Assembly: GCF_001447785.1 (NCBI RefSeq)
Contig: NW_015172587.1
Span: forward strand, 327,776-391,775
Length of the DNA: 64,000 nucleotides
Source of the DNA: Gekko japonicus
Lineage: Eukaryota
Direction of reading: 5' to 3'
Made by a program: the position numbers and the translations under genes
The notes under the pieces: generated by a model
Told to the model about the DNA's origin: nothing
Database searches by the model: none
Seen by the model: only the letters and a program-made list of their open reading frames with translations
In this document: in pieces, positions 1-13,304 of the stretch
Numbering within the stretch: position 1 is the stretch's first letter
How the letters are laid out: every line of letters begins with the position of its first letter

Positions 1-211
1 AGCCTAGCTATTTAGCTTTGGGATTCTAGAAACCAGGAAGAAAAAGAAAGGTGGCCCACTGAGGATGTTTCAGTCCCAAGGTGCTGGAGAAACTGAAGGC
101 ATCTAAAGTGGAAGGCCTCGATGCAACTGACGGTTGCTGAAATGATGAGAGGGATAAGATGCTCAGTGAATTCCTGAGCAGATAGGAAGGCCTCCCTCTT
201 CTCAGACCTAC

Positions 212-376
212 CTTTCCCTGGATCTTTTCCACGACTGCTGTCTGCCGCACATTGCCAACGTGCACTGTTACTTGGAATCCCTTCCGGAAAGTCGTGGCAT
301 GGAAGAGCAGAACAATTTCAGCTTCAAACACTGAGCAAATGGTGGGGTTCATCTCTGGGCTTACCATCACCATTCC
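212..376 (-). CDS. GTPBP2: GTPBP2 exon 11 (final exon lies beyond the left edge of the window)
   Basis: tag|GMVMVSPEMNPTICSVFEAEIVLLFHATTFRKGFQVTVHVGNVRQTAVVEKIQGK|gtaggt; 165 nt. Confidence 0.95.
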
Positions 377-833
377 CTAAGTGACAGTAAGACTGTTAGG
401 CCACTCGTCTTGACAGCAGCACCCTTCCCATCCCATCCCATCCCATTGGCAATAAGACGGCTACTACCATCTTTCCTGATGTTCTTCAGTTGGAAGAAGC
501 TGGCCTTTACTCAGGCTGACAAAGTGGAGGGACAACAGAGAAAATATGTACTGGAAGACATTCCAGGAGGGGAACAGGGCAAGTGAGAGGAAACCTAATT
601 ACTCATTTCTGCTCTACAGCTTTAAGTCTATTGTCAAGTTTAAGATTTCCATCTGGAGACTATTATTCCGCTATTCCCAACCTGAATCAAAATGCCTATT
701 GGAAAAACAATCAGCATCTTCCAGAAGAACCACAGTCTGCAGCCCTTCACAGTATCCTCAACTCATGACACAGTTCCCAAGGGGGGGGGGGAGTCTTGAA
801 ACTATAGCTTCCAGAGATAAGAGGTGGACTCAC

Positions 834-1005
834 TTTGCGCAGTAGTGAGCGATCAAAGTGTCCAAGAGCAAGTGTAGCAGCCTGCCCAGCCCGAAGTACA
901 CGGCACGCTGAACGGTTCCGCTGGATACTGCACACTTTCAGCTGGAGGAACTTGCCATCATCAGTTGGACCAACCACCAGATTTTCTCCCTCTCTACATA
1001 TTCCA
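834..1005 (-). CDS. GTPBP2: GTPBP2 exon 10
   Basis: cag|T-GICREGENLVVGPTDDGKFLQLKVCSIQRNRSACRVLRAGQAATLALGHFDRSLLRK|gtgagt; 172 nt. Confidence 0.95.
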
Positions 1006-1457
1006 CTGGCAAACGCACAAAATCAGGAGACCATATTTAGCTCCCAAACACAGGGAAAGCCATTCCTTTGTTGCCTGCCTTAGATACCCAAAACAACAGC
1101 TTCACTTTAAGAGAACATGTGAGTCTTACATTCTCCAAACAGACAGCACAGCTATCTGTACAGATGGACATACAGGACCTTTTAAGAAATAGCTTCACCG
1201 TCGCTTCTGTCTTTGCAGTGAAACTGATCTCCTTTACTCACAGGTGAAACATCTTTAAAATTAAAACATTTTTATTCTCCTTCTCCCCACCAAAACAGGG
1301 GACCCAAGAGAGTGGCATATAGAGCATTCCTAGGTCTACAATGTGAAAGGGAAATGTTCAGCTAGATGGCCAATCCTCCTTGGAAGGCCTAAAGCTCTTT
1401 GCATTCCCTCCCTATCCATGCCAACCCCTAAGACTTTGTGCATGGAGCAGCACCCAC

Positions 1458-1516
1458 CTTGACAGAGTTCCTCCAACGACAGTGCCCACCTCAGGAACTG
1501 TGTAGATTTCATCCAC
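1458..1516 (-). CDS. GTPBP2: GTPBP2 exon 9
   Basis: cag|VDEIYTVPEVGTVVGGTLS-AG|gtgggt; 59 nt; start of EF-Tu-like domain II. Confidence 0.93.
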
Positions 1517-1847
1517 CTGCAATCAGACAGGAACAAGCAGTTCAGACTTGCTATATAACTGCAGCAACTGAGATAAGAGTCAACAATCTGTCCCTTCTTC
1601 GGAGTTTCAATACATGGCCTCCCTCTCCCAGGACTCAGGAACAGTTCCTAGGTGTTTTAATCAGAGCTGAAAAACGCTGGGAACCAATTAAATTCTAGCA
1701 GGAACATAAGTGAAATCTATTTCCTTATAAAAATTAAGACTCATGATTCCCATGGATCACCCTCCTTCCACCTCTAAATGCAGGGAATTCAAGAGCTGCT
1801 TGCCTTTGCACACAACGGAGGTAGTCAAAGAAGAGATCCTCGTGTAC

Positions 1848-1983
1848 CTGAAATTCAGTAAGCTGCTGCATTAGATCTTCTTGCTCTTTGCTGTTTGTAA
1901 GAGGAGGAAGGATGTTGAGGAAAACTTTCAGGAGATCCAGGTTCTCTCCAGAAACACTGGATAGGGTGAAGATCGGAGTGATG
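1848..1983 (-). CDS. GTPBP2: GTPBP2 exon 8
   Basis: cag|[46 protein letters not shown]|gtacac; 136 nt. Confidence 0.94.
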
Positions 1984-2847
1984 CTGCCAACACACAAGAA
2001 AGAATTCATCTGGTGGCTAAAGAAACCACCAGTCTGTTGTGGAGCAGATCATCCTAAAGCAAACTACAGTAAAATCTTTCGTTATCCACAATACCCAGTT
2101 AACTGGCACTGCTCGGCGGGCAAGCTCCTCCCCCTTAGCCAGCACATCCCTATGTCTTTGGGCATGTGCACCACTCCCACCTCTCCAGCCGGGCAGTCTG
2201 GCGTTTGCCTCTTCCAACAGGCAGCACTGCCATCGGACATTCTCAGGTACCTCCTTTCTCCTCAACCTGCCTTGGGCTTTCAGGAGCTACTCTGCTGGAG
2301 GGCTCCCAGTCAACTGGCTCGCTTGTCTTCCTGCTGCATAGGATGGCTCCATAGCAAGAGGAAGGGTCCCACCAGGCATGCGGGCTGTCATTGTGGCATT
2401 CCCAATGGGGTGTTGTATGGCTGCTGAAAATTCCTCTGGGTAGGAGTAGGGCAGAGCAGTGTTAGATTATTTGGCACATTTGATTAACCACCAACTCCCG
2501 TTCCCAGGAGCGCTGGATAACCAAGCTTTTACTACACATGAAATTGATCCAGATGGATTACACCAGCCCTGAGTTCATAAGAATTCTTTTCAGATGAGTT
2601 ATTACTTATGGGCTGGGAAGCATTTTCAGATGCAGCATAATAATGATAATTCCAGCTGGGAGACAACTGTATAGCTTAGCTTGTACAAGTAAATAAGCTG
2701 TGACCATGAGTTTCCACAGCACAGGTGAGCAAATCCATCAGTTCCCATCGCTGTTCTGAGAGCATCAATGGGAGACCAAGAAAGTCAGAGCAGAACAATT
2801 CACAGAACCCTGCTGAAGATGCTGCATGCAGCACTGATGGGTAAACT

Positions 2848-3255
2848 CGGGTCATTTCCTGCAGGAGCACACCGGAGCGGAGCTCCGGCAGTAAAGAGCC
2901 CAGGGGGCGGGCACATGCAACAAGCCCCACCCCCTGCTCCCAGCAGCCCTCAGTTAGAGCAAGAAGCAGCCAGGTAAGTTGCAGAGCCCCCCCCCCAGTC
3001 CAAAACAGTCCAGTGGCACTTTTGAGACCAAGTTTTATTCAGGTACAAGCTCTCCCTCCTCTGCGAGGACAGATGTGCACGTTCCCCCCCCCCAAATAGC
3101 TAGCAATCCAAAACAGTCCAGTGGAGCCTGAGCGGTGGGTGTTGCCTTCTGACATACTTCCAGTGATGTCAGAGGGTGTGGCGTATGCAAATAAGTTATG
3201 CTAATGAGTTGTGCTAATGAGCTCCTGCACTTCTTTTTCTATGAAATGACCCCTG
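2848..3255 (+). mobile_element. hAT-type MITE (TIR CAGGGGTCATTTC family)
   Basis: 8-bp TSD GGTAAACT; near-identical to 62094-62502. Confidence 0.85.
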
Positions 3256-4456
3256 GGTAAACTGATACGTATTCTGTAGCCCCTCAAAAATACGGGCGGG
3301 GGGGGGATGCAACACAGGACTTGATACACAGATCCTTGAAAATCTCAGCTTTCTGTTCTCGTTTGAGGCATGTTTCTAGCATTTATGACTAGAGTCATAA
3401 TGGCCTCTGAAAACAAGTTGTTCCCCTCTTCCCCTTCCTTCTTGCTGTCCTTGCCTGAGAAGCAGAGGGCAGTGGAGAGGGCTTGCCCCACTTGCCTTCT
3501 CCCTCCTCTTCTCTGGGTAATGTGTCATCAATGTTCTCTCTAATTTCCCCCCCTACTGAGCAGAGCAGTTCACATCCTGAGAAGAATTGTAACTGCTGTA
3601 ATCTTCCAATGGGCAATGGGCAGTGCAGGACCCTGCGTGGCTCCAGACTGCTGCTGAGCGGGGCTTCCTATGCTAATGAGTGGCTGCCCAGGCACACAGC
3701 TTAGAGGGGACACTGCATGTCACCTGTTAAGCTGTGTCCTTCCTCTTTCTACCCACAGCTTGAGTCATGGATATGGGTGGTATGCTTTGGGATGTCCATG
3801 AGTGCTGGTCTCTCACACCCCCGCCCTCCAGCCAGCTAACTGCCTGTAGCTCAGTCAGGAGTTCTTGGGCTGTGTGTGACTGAGCAGTCAGGAACTCTGA
3901 GTGAGATTCTTTGACCACAGGCTGAGATCTTTAAAATCAAAAGATCTTTATTTACTAAAATATACTCTTAACTCACTGGAGTACAAGGCACTGGAAAACT
4001 ATATGTATTACAGAAATCTATTACGGAACTAAGAAAAGATTATACAGTTGCTAAGTTACCTTGGCATTCCCTTCCCTGGAATGGTAAGCCTCCAAGAACT
4101 CTGAAAACAGAGGCGGATCCCAGACAGACGTCACTCCATTTGTTCCCTGTTTGTGGCCCTTGCCTTGCACGGCTAACAGGGTGTGCAGACCTTTTAACGC
4201 TTCCTATCCTCGTTTGGAGGGTTAAACTTAACCTATCAGGAAACTGGGAGTTGTTTTCCCACGTGCACCTTTTCTCCCATCAAGATGCACGTCCAAAGGA
4301 AAAGGGGCAGCGCGTCACCAAACAGAGACACTCAGTACAGCTGCAGGGTTTTCTGAACTTGTGGGGACCAGCTTGAAGGAACAGGAAGGACTTGCAAATT
4401 CATTCCTTCACAGCAGGCAAGCAAGTGTGGGGACAGTGCTTGGTGAAGTTCTAATA

Positions 4457-4662
4457 CAGTGTTCCCTCTAAGCTGAGTTAGTGTGAGCTAGCTCACAGTT
4501 TTTTAGCCTCCAGCTCACACATTTTTGTCTTAGCTCGGGAAGGAGGGCTCCAGAGCAACCTAAGTTATGCAGTAGTCAAATCGCTCGCTCACAACTTCAA
4601 TGCCAGTCGCTCACAATGTAGAATTTTTGCTCACAAGACTCCAGAACTTAGAGGGAACATTG
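4457..4662 (+). mobile_element. hAT-type MITE (TIR CAGTGTTCCCTCTA family)
   Basis: TIRs CAGTGTTCCCTCTAAG / CTTAGAGGGAACATTG; imperfect TSD GTTCTAA. Confidence 0.85.
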
Positions 4663-4901
4663 GTTCTAAATACAGTTATCGGGCAGCTAGTGCATTTAAG
4701 CTCAGTGGAACTTGCATCCAAATAAAGATGCACTGGATCATAGGGAACAAGGTCCCATCTGCTTCTTCACGAACCATTGACGTCAGCCCTCACATTTTCA
4801 CTGCTACTGGGCCAGCACTGGACTTATCTTTTTCCTCCTCCAACGATCTAGTCACAGTTGTCCCATAACCTTTCCCTCCCAACTTCTAAAACAATCCTTA
4901 C

Positions 4902-5121
4902 TTGGGAGACTGTGCAAACTGCTGTGCTGCTGTGACAGCATCATCATCTGATGTGACTAGCAAGGGGAGCTTGTTGCAACCAGGCTGCTTCAGGATCCTC
5001 TCCAGCTGCTTTACTGTCCGTTCCACAGTGGCTTTTGAGCACAAGTCTACTTTGCTAATGACTATGAAGAAAGGGACCTTGAGGGCCATAGCCAAGCCTA
5101 GATGCTCTCGGGTTGTACCTG
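4902..5121 (-). CDS. GTPBP2: GTPBP2 exon 7 (G4 SKVD)
   Basis: cag|CA-GTTREHLGLAMALKVPFFIVISKVDLC...QFAQSP-AA|gtaagg; 220 nt. Confidence 0.95.
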
Positions 5122-5431
5122 CTGTAAGAGACAGGATGTTGGAAAAGACAAGGTGAGAGAAGGTAGGGATATTAAAATTAGTTACATGTGACACTCTGGG
5201 ATCAACCTGCCGAAAACATTTGCTATAGATCATCATGGAGATGGCACCAACATAATCTCGTAGCCTATACAACCTGATGAAAGATGCTTAAAATGTGCAC
5301 AGGTATTTCTGTGCTACCAAGGGTCAATTTTGTCCCAGTCTTTTTTACTGGCCAAACATAATCTTTGAATGAGATGTTATGGCAGTACCCTAAAAATCTC
5401 TATGACTGATGAAATGAGAACATGCATTTAC

Positions 5432-5606
5432 CAATTCCAGTATTGGCGCTAACCACCAGCATGGCAAAGTCTGGGCAGTAACTTGTGAGTCCAAAGATGG
5501 TGGTTTTCAGGTACTTGTGATGGCCAGCCAGGTCAATGAAGGTGATCATCTTGGAGGAACCCTCACAGATCTCCTCAGCTGTCCGTGAGTCACTGTAATT
5601 TACTAC
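5432..5606 (-). CDS. GTPBP2: GTPBP2 exon 6 (G3 DLAGH)
   Basis: tag|[59 protein letters not shown]|gtaaat; 175 nt. Confidence 0.95.
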
Positions 5607-5719
5607 CTAGAAGTCAAAATAAACAGCTTACGAGCGTTCATAAAGGCAAGGACAAAAGCATCCTTTGTATCCAGAGGAGTAAAATAGCAACTCAACACCA
5701 AACACCTTGAGACCCCTAC

Positions 5720-5917
5720 CTCTCCTTTGCTGTTGAAGCCAAGAATTTCAAAGCTGATGCTGGATGTCCTCCCTGACTGGATCTCATGCAGGTGCCGGAA
5801 CAGATTGAGACGAGCTCTGCCTCGCCCATTATCCAGCTCTCCCTGTGTCAGGACACCTAGTAGAGTTGACTTGCCAGAATCCACATTCCCAAGCACAGCT
5901 ACTCGCAAATCTAAGAA
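5720..5917 (-). CDS. GTPBP2: GTPBP2 exon 5 (P-loop/G1)
   Basis: [24 protein letters not shown]...[12 protein letters not shown]...SKGE|gtaggg; G1 motif GNVDSGKST; 198 nt. Confidence 0.96.
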
Positions 5918-6230
5918 CTTATGGGGGGAAAAGGTTGAGCTACAGAGATTTGTTTGTAAACAGAATGCAATAATAGAGATGGGTGTTTCTGAGGTGCAAA
6001 TTCTGACTTGGGCTTTGTCTTGCAAACTGATCTGCCAAGGCATTCAGCGGTACTTTTGGCAATATGCATAATAATCTGTGATACCACAGCACTGTTTCCA
6101 AGAATTTAGAATCAGCTATTTTGTCCTCCAAACTGAGTAAGGTCTAGAAGGTGGCACTCAGAAAATGAAACGCCTTCTAAGACTTTCTCAGCCAAAATCT
6201 CCTTCAGTGACTCTCCATATTAGAGGGCAC

Positions 6231-6436
6231 CAGTGTTCCCTCTAAGCTGAGTTAGTGTGAGCTAGCTCACAGGTTTCTAGCCTCTGGCTCACACATATTT
6301 GTCTTAGCTCAGGAAGGAGGGCTCCGGAGCAAACTAATTTATGCAGGAGCCAAATCGCTCGCTCACAACTTTAATGCCAGTGGCTCACAGAGTAGAATTT
6401 TTGCTCACAAGACCCCACAGCTTAGAGGGAGCATTG
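6231..6436 (+). mobile_element. hAT-type MITE (same family)
   Basis: TIRs as above; perfect TSD GAGGGCAC. Confidence 0.9.
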
Positions 6437-7313
6437 GAGGGCACTGAAACCAAAGTGAGCTGTTATATTAGCAGTCAGACCCTTCTTCTCGCTGACACGG
6501 CCTGGCCCAAAATGACACAAAATGGATGTCAGTCAGAAACAAACCTGGATATGTAGTTTAGAAGTGTGAAGAGTGGCTGGCTAACTAACATCCTCCTCCA
6601 TGCCCCAGAGAGATGCATAATTTAGGACAATGGGTCTCCCAAGAACCTGTTGACTCACCTTGGACTAATCTCATCAACACCCAGTCTGACTTCCTTGCAG
6701 CCATTTACCCTAATTAAGCAACACTTAATTCTGTTATCCAAACCTAGTAGCTTTTCCCATTCAGTACTTTCAGGGCCATCAATTTACTCCTATAGCCCAC
6801 CTCAGAAAAACCCATCAAGCCTCCCCATCTTTTTGTCCAAATCAGGAAAAACCCATTAAGTTATTGTTTTTTGGGTGAATACGTCAGCTTGTCTCAGGAA
6901 ACATTTTGCCTTATATCAAGAGCACCTAGCCATCAGTACAGTGTTGTGTGTTCTTTAATCCATACTCACACCCCCAATCCATTGGTTCGTCTCTTTGTGA
7001 AACGCTGGTTGTTTTGCTGCTGCCTCCAAGGACCTCTTCCTTCAAGATTGGTTATTATAGCCATCCCCGAATTGCTTTCCCCCTCTCCTTCCTGATTTCC
7101 TCTTAGCTAGCCTTGTGTGTGTCTTCAGTGTGTGTGTGTGCTCATTTTTATTTTCTTTCAATAAAAAAACCTTTCCCGTTTATTTTGAGAGTTTTCTTAA
7201 GGAAAAAATCCCAGTAAACATTGGTGGAGAGCCCAGTTACCCACCTCTTGCTCTGTCTCCTTAAGTTAATTCCTCCAATTAAATAGGAGACTGCCTCTTT
7301 GGGTAACAGTTAC

Positions 7314-7422
7314 CTGCTGGTTATCTGGGACCTTTCGGACAAGAACCTCCGTTATCTTCCTGGGAATGTCACTGTCATAATCCACCTCTCTTTCTCGTAG
7401 CACAGTGATATCAGCTCCCACT
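7314..7422 (-). CDS. GTPBP2: GTPBP2 exon 4
   Basis: cag|A-VGADITVLREREVDYDSDIPRKITEVLVRKVPDNQQ|gtaact; 109 nt; phase fits exon 3. Confidence 0.93.
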
Positions 7423-8693
7423 CTGCAAATGGCAAAACAGAAAACCCAAAGACATTAGTGAATTATATTCAAGAAACTCTCCAGGAGGCAAAGAAACAAA
7501 CAATTTTTGCAGTGCTTTTCTATTTTTATTGATTTTATTGACAGATACAGGGGATAGTTTGACTCCTTTCTTTCTTGACAACAGAACTTAACACCTATTA
7601 ACATTAGATATCAGCATATTTACCAGTTTCACAGGGTTTTATTTACATTTTGGTATCTTAATTTTAAAATTTAAGGATTCTGGTAACATATAGCACTAGG
7701 CTCTGTTTTCAGAGTTCCTGGAGGCTTACAACCATTCCAGGGAAGGGAATCCCAAGGTAACATAGCGAGAGTATGATCTTTCCTTGGTTCTGTAATAAAT
7801 AGAGGAATTACACAAGAGGGGGAGGTACTCCTGTTGACATGAAATCACTGGACATGGTGACAGATAAGACTCTCACCATGTCAAAGTGAAGTACGTAGAA
7901 CTAGGTAAAACAAGGTGTGCTTCTATATTAAGTTTCTGTAGTTCTCATTTCGTAAACCTCATTAAAATGAATTCATCAGAAACTATCCAGAATTTGGCTT
8001 CTTTTCCAACACATATGAGCTCTTGTTGTAGGAGGAAATGGTATGGGGAGGGGAGAGGAACAACTCTCCTGCTACAACTGTGATATGCTTCTTGACGCAC
8101 ATAAGGAATATAGTAATATGAGAAAATGTCCTTAGTGCAAAGGCCCTAGTCACTCAGGTACTATTTTTCTGCCCCGGCCCCAGCCCGGTGGAACGTACTC
8201 TTGACTGAGATAAGAGCCCTGCGGGATCTGTTACAGTTTTGCAGGGCCTGCAGAACAGAGCTGTTCCACCAGGCCTTTGGTCGAGGCAGCAGGCGTCCAC
8301 CAGCTGGCCTCCTTGTTGCAGCCCCAGTGGTCTGCCGCTATTAACAAGACTTCTATGGCTCGGCGCCGGCTCATTCGCTCCCGGATGTGGGAACTGTGAT
8401 CTGAAATCTGTTGCAAGCCCACTTTTAACTGGGTTTTTAAATTGTTTTTAATGTTAGATATTTATTTATTCTGAACTACTGAAGACTGTAATCTATTGTA
8501 ATCTACTGCTGTGACCCACCCTGAGCCCGCTTGCGGGAAGGTCCGGCTAGAAATCAAAATAAATAAATACTAGAAGTGCTTTCCTAGGTTGGAAACTTTC
8601 TGTGGGATGACAAGACAAGGCCCCAGACCATTTCTGGAAATAACGCAGCATAGTTGGTTTGCCTTGGCTCAGAAGCAGGACAGATACACATAC

Positions 8694-8878
8694 TTCTCAG
8701 CCATCCGCCGCAGCGTTTTGAGAGAGGCGCGCATCTCCTCTTCTGACAGTCCCACCAGCAGCCCGTTGTCCTCTACACCAATCTGGTACACTGCCTCACC
8801 ACGGCCTTCTTGTAGACGCCACTTCATCTGCGTTACTAGATGTTCAAAGCGGTACTGGGAAGGATTAACTAGTTTCAG
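8694..8878 (-). CDS. GTPBP2: GTPBP2 exon 3
   Basis: cag|LKLVNPSQYRFEHLVTQMKWRLQEGRGEAVYQIGVEDNG...MAE-AA|gtatgt; 185 nt. Confidence 0.95.
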
Positions 8879-9425
8879 CTGCCCAAAAGAAGAAGTGATT
8901 ACAGTCAGCAAGGGGACCCCTTCACAAGAGCAAGCTGTTTGTGAACGTGTGTGATTTCTTCACTAGAATTCATGCCCATTTTTACACAAGCCATTAATAT
9001 GGTCAAAGGATTTTTCAGCTTTATTTTTATTAAAATCTCTTGCCCAGAGTAACTCCACTAAATGAGTTCAGATGGAGCAGTTACATTCCAGGCAGCTAAA
9101 TAAAGGAGCAATATATAACTGAGCAACACATTTGACAGTTTTTCAAAAGAGAAAATAAAAGAAGAAAGGAAGTTCTTTGTTGGCTTAACATCCAAGTTTT
9201 AAGATAAATTCACAAATACAAACATGCATTTGTGACGGCCAGCAAAAAAGTTTTTGATAATGATGTTCTTGTTTTACTTTAATGCTTCCAATTTTAAAAA
9301 AATATATGTATTTTGAAGCATGCCCCAATTGCTAAGTAGTATTTGACTACATTCATCATATTTCAATAGGGAATTTTTAAACTAAAGAATTGTAACCTTG
9401 CAAGCTCCTCCCACAAGAGGCTCAC

Positions 9426-9452
9426 CTTGTATTCTATGTTCCCATCTTCCGC
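9426..9452 (-). CDS. GTPBP2: GTPBP2 exon 2 (27-nt microexon)
   Basis: tag|AEDGNIEYK|gtgag; phase 0/0; completes the PPE-AEDGNIEYK-LKL motif; not in the ORF track. Confidence 0.92.
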
Positions 9453-12400
9453 CTAGTTAAAAGAAAAGACACAAGTTAGTGATCCCTACACACCTTGGCC
9501 TTTAATATACCTCTTGACCTCACATTTGATAGCTTAGGAAAGCCAGGTCTTAGCAATGATCGGTTTGGACAAAACCACTTAAACCCAAATATAATAATAG
9601 ATCATATATACACACACACACAACATGAAACCAGCATCCATTTTACACATGCCTCTCATTAGTACAATCCCGGAAACAGTTCTGCTCAGGACACTATTGT
9701 TATGTTCAGTAAACAAAACAGCCTATTAACATTTATTTTGAATGCCACAAGGGTCGAAAATGACCATATAACAGCAGTTATGATGAGAACCTCAGAAACC
9801 ATTCTCTCCAGGGTAGACCTCAAGCAAGTATAGCCTGAGTGGGAGACAGAACTAATAACTAGCTTGTGGCCGAGGAAACTGCAAAGCATTACAGCAGCTC
9901 TAGTGGCAAAGTTACACTTCTGACCTTCCCTTCAGGCAGTCAAGAGTCCCCCCCCCCTCCCAGAAGACAGGGCTACCTACCCATAGAACTACCTACCCAT
10001 TTGTTAACCACTTCATACATCATCCAAGAAAAGACTGGAATCAATTTCTAAAGAGCAGGTATGTCTGAATCACATCCTGCTAATCTTGGTTCAGAGGTCT
10101 TCCAAACAGGATTGGTCTATGGTAAAAGCCAAGAATTCTCAGGCAAGGTGCAATAAAACAGACTGGCAGCAGCATGAAAACAGAACTGCTCAAGTTCAAT
10201 TTCTTCCTGAAAAGTGCTTTCTTCTCTGGAAGTAAACATAAGTCTCTTCCCAATTATAGCTTCTTGCTATGAGCAGATTTGGAGTTCTTTGTCTACAGCA
10301 GACTTGTTTTCTAGCTCAGAGCCTGAGAATGGCAAAAAAGAAAAGAAAAACCTAAGAATGGCACAGCAAGCAATATCCTAGAATCCTCCCTGGAAATGAA
10401 ACCAGTATGAAGAATGAGGAGGACTTCCCTTGCCTACCTTTTATTGTGTTTATGAAGCATCAACTCCCCACCCCCACCCGTTTAAGTTTGGGGAAAATCA
10501 TTGTCAAAACTCTAGATGAAAATCCACACTTTATTTTTTATTTATTTATTTATTTATTAGATTTATATACTGCCCTTCCCAAGTGGGCTCAGGGGAGTGA
10601 ACAACAATTAGATAATACACTTAAAACAATGTGGTAACAATTTACATATAATTATCATAAAATACCATGTAACCATAAAACAATCAGATGACCAATCAAA
10701 ATCAGGCCAGTGATGAAAACTGGCCAGAAAAGCTGGACCGGAAGAACTAAGGCCAGAGAGCTGGGGGGGGGGGAGAGGTTGTTTTTTATTCATTACCCAC
10801 TGAGGCTGTAGTGGAAGTGATACAGAAAATGACAAGCACAGACTTGCTTGCAAATGTTATCTGAGGGCAGCAAAGAAGTGGAAATCTCAGTGATCTGTCC
10901 AATGCTGCTACCTGATGAGATTTGGCTCACTACCCAAAATCTAGGATAATAATTATAAAACTCATATCTTAAATAGCTCACTAAGTATCTCATTGGCTTG
11001 AACTATTAGGAAGTGCTGAAAAGAGAAAAGCACTGGATGAAGATACCATACGGCTTTACTATAAGGCATCCCAAGTTGCTTGTACTCGCAAAACATTTTA
11101 AGAATGGTTTATCTACTACCACTCAGCATCATATTCCTAGGGCTGCCTTTGACAATGAACCAAAAATTTTCAAGTGGTAGAGAATGCTGCTGCTTGCTCA
11201 TTAACAGGTATGAACTGGCAAGAATACATTACACCGATTCCAAAACACCTGCATTGATCATTGGCTTACTTTTGAGCCCAACTCAACCTGCAAGATTTGA
11301 CCTTTAAAATCCTACATGGCCTGGGGCCCATTTCTGGGTACATCCACTTTATATGAACCTTCTAGGGTTTTAAGATCCACCAGTGAGACAGCTCCAAGGG
11401 CCATTTTTTGGGAACTGAGATTAGTTTCTATTAAGAACAGCCTTTTCAGAATGTATTCCTTTAAGGGCCTATCTGTTCATTAACCTAGTTTCGGAGACAA
11501 GTGGAAAAAAATTCTGCCAAGTGTATGGGATTTAACTACATATGTGCTTTTACTGTTTTTACTGTTACTTTTACTGTTACTTTGTTTCTGAGAAGTTTTA
11601 ATACTTTTTAAATTAAAAGATAAATGTTTAAACTGTTTTATGTAAATTGCCTTGGAATAATGCACGTTTAAAAGCCAAACAGAACTCTGCTGAACAAATA
11701 AAATTACACCATCATGGCACAGAGTCATCACAATATACATTCTTTTATATAAATCTTGCCCATCATAATAATGGACATTTCACTCTATGAAAATAAGCTA
11801 TGAGAAAGAACTTCACAACTGGACAATCATAGTTATGCATTAGCCTCTGATAATTCTAATGAGAATGTAGCCTGATCTTCAGTGATATTAATTCACTGGA
11901 GAATCCAGGACAGCAAAGATGTTTCATGTGGCTCCTGGCTGCAGTTCTTACAAAAACAGTAGGTGGGTTGTACAGAGCAAATCCTGTACACAAGCAATGA
12001 ATTTACTGAACAGAGCGATCTTATCCAGCTGATGCAATGCACTGTCATCTATAGTAACCCAGTACTGAGCAAGTGCCCACAGAAAACTACCAAAGATGTG
12101 GCTATATCTGAAAACAAAGCCACCCACTGGCAGTGAAGGTGGGAGAGGAATTCAATCTGATGAGCCTTTCTCTTGCAGTCTGAAGTGGTACAAGTCTGAC
12201 AGGTTGACAACCTCAATGAGAACTATGTCCCATGTGGCTATAAATCTCTTTCCCATCTATTAGCTTTCTGTATGAGAATGCTTCGGGGCTCGTAGAGAAG
12301 CATTCTACTATATAAATAGTACATCCCAGACACAATTTACTGCCTCAGTGCAAACTAAACTAGCTTTCCTGGGACTACCTACACCTTTCATCAAAACACA

Positions 12401-13304
12401 CATACATATGCTAAACATCTCTGCCAAATATTTTCAGCATGAACTACTACAGAAAATTAATTTTGATGTAATCATTTCCTAGTCTTATGGACACAACCTA
12501 CCACATCTGATTGGTTGCCTGCATTTGAAGTAACAAGTGTATGAACCAACTTAAGTGCAACTTTAGTGAGTCAGACAATAGTCAGCATAACAACAACATA
12601 AGGAAGATCAAAATATTATTATAAGAAAACATCAATAGCGCTCAGGTTCACTCTTGCCAACCGACAAAGCCACATTACCAGAACTACTGAAGTTTCCCCC
12701 TAATACAGGGATGCCAAAAGAAGCTTCAAATTGTGCCTGACATCCATTATGTCATTACTACTAACGCGACAGATAAACATCGGAGAAAACCAAGCAACAG
12801 AGGAAACAAAAGTATGTCAAATCACGTAGTGGGAACGATAGCTTGGAATACAACCGGCGTAAAACAGGAGGAAGACCGGGGAGAAAAATCACTGCAGTCC
12901 AACAACACCACCAGACCTACACATTCCAAACAGATCGTAGGAACATATAACTACCAAGTCAAATTACTTCAAACGATGCTTCCTCGGATAAGATACACCA
13001 CCCCTGAAAGATTTTATNNNNNNNNNNNNNNNNNNNNNNNNNNNNNNNNNNNNNNNNNNNNGTAGCACCTGTAGGCATACAAACATTTCTTACAAGGGTC
13101 CTGCACCCTATCCCAAGCCAGGGCACGGCACTCCGGAACCGACTGTAGCCCACAAAGACCAAGGGAGACAAGGATCCGGAGCGGGAGAGAGACGCCTCTC
13201 GCCCCCCGTTCAGCCCACCAGCACTCTGCAAACACACACACACACACCCCTCGTAGCCCAAGGACGCATTATTCCACCACGACCCCTTGACGTGCTCTAC
13301 TCAC

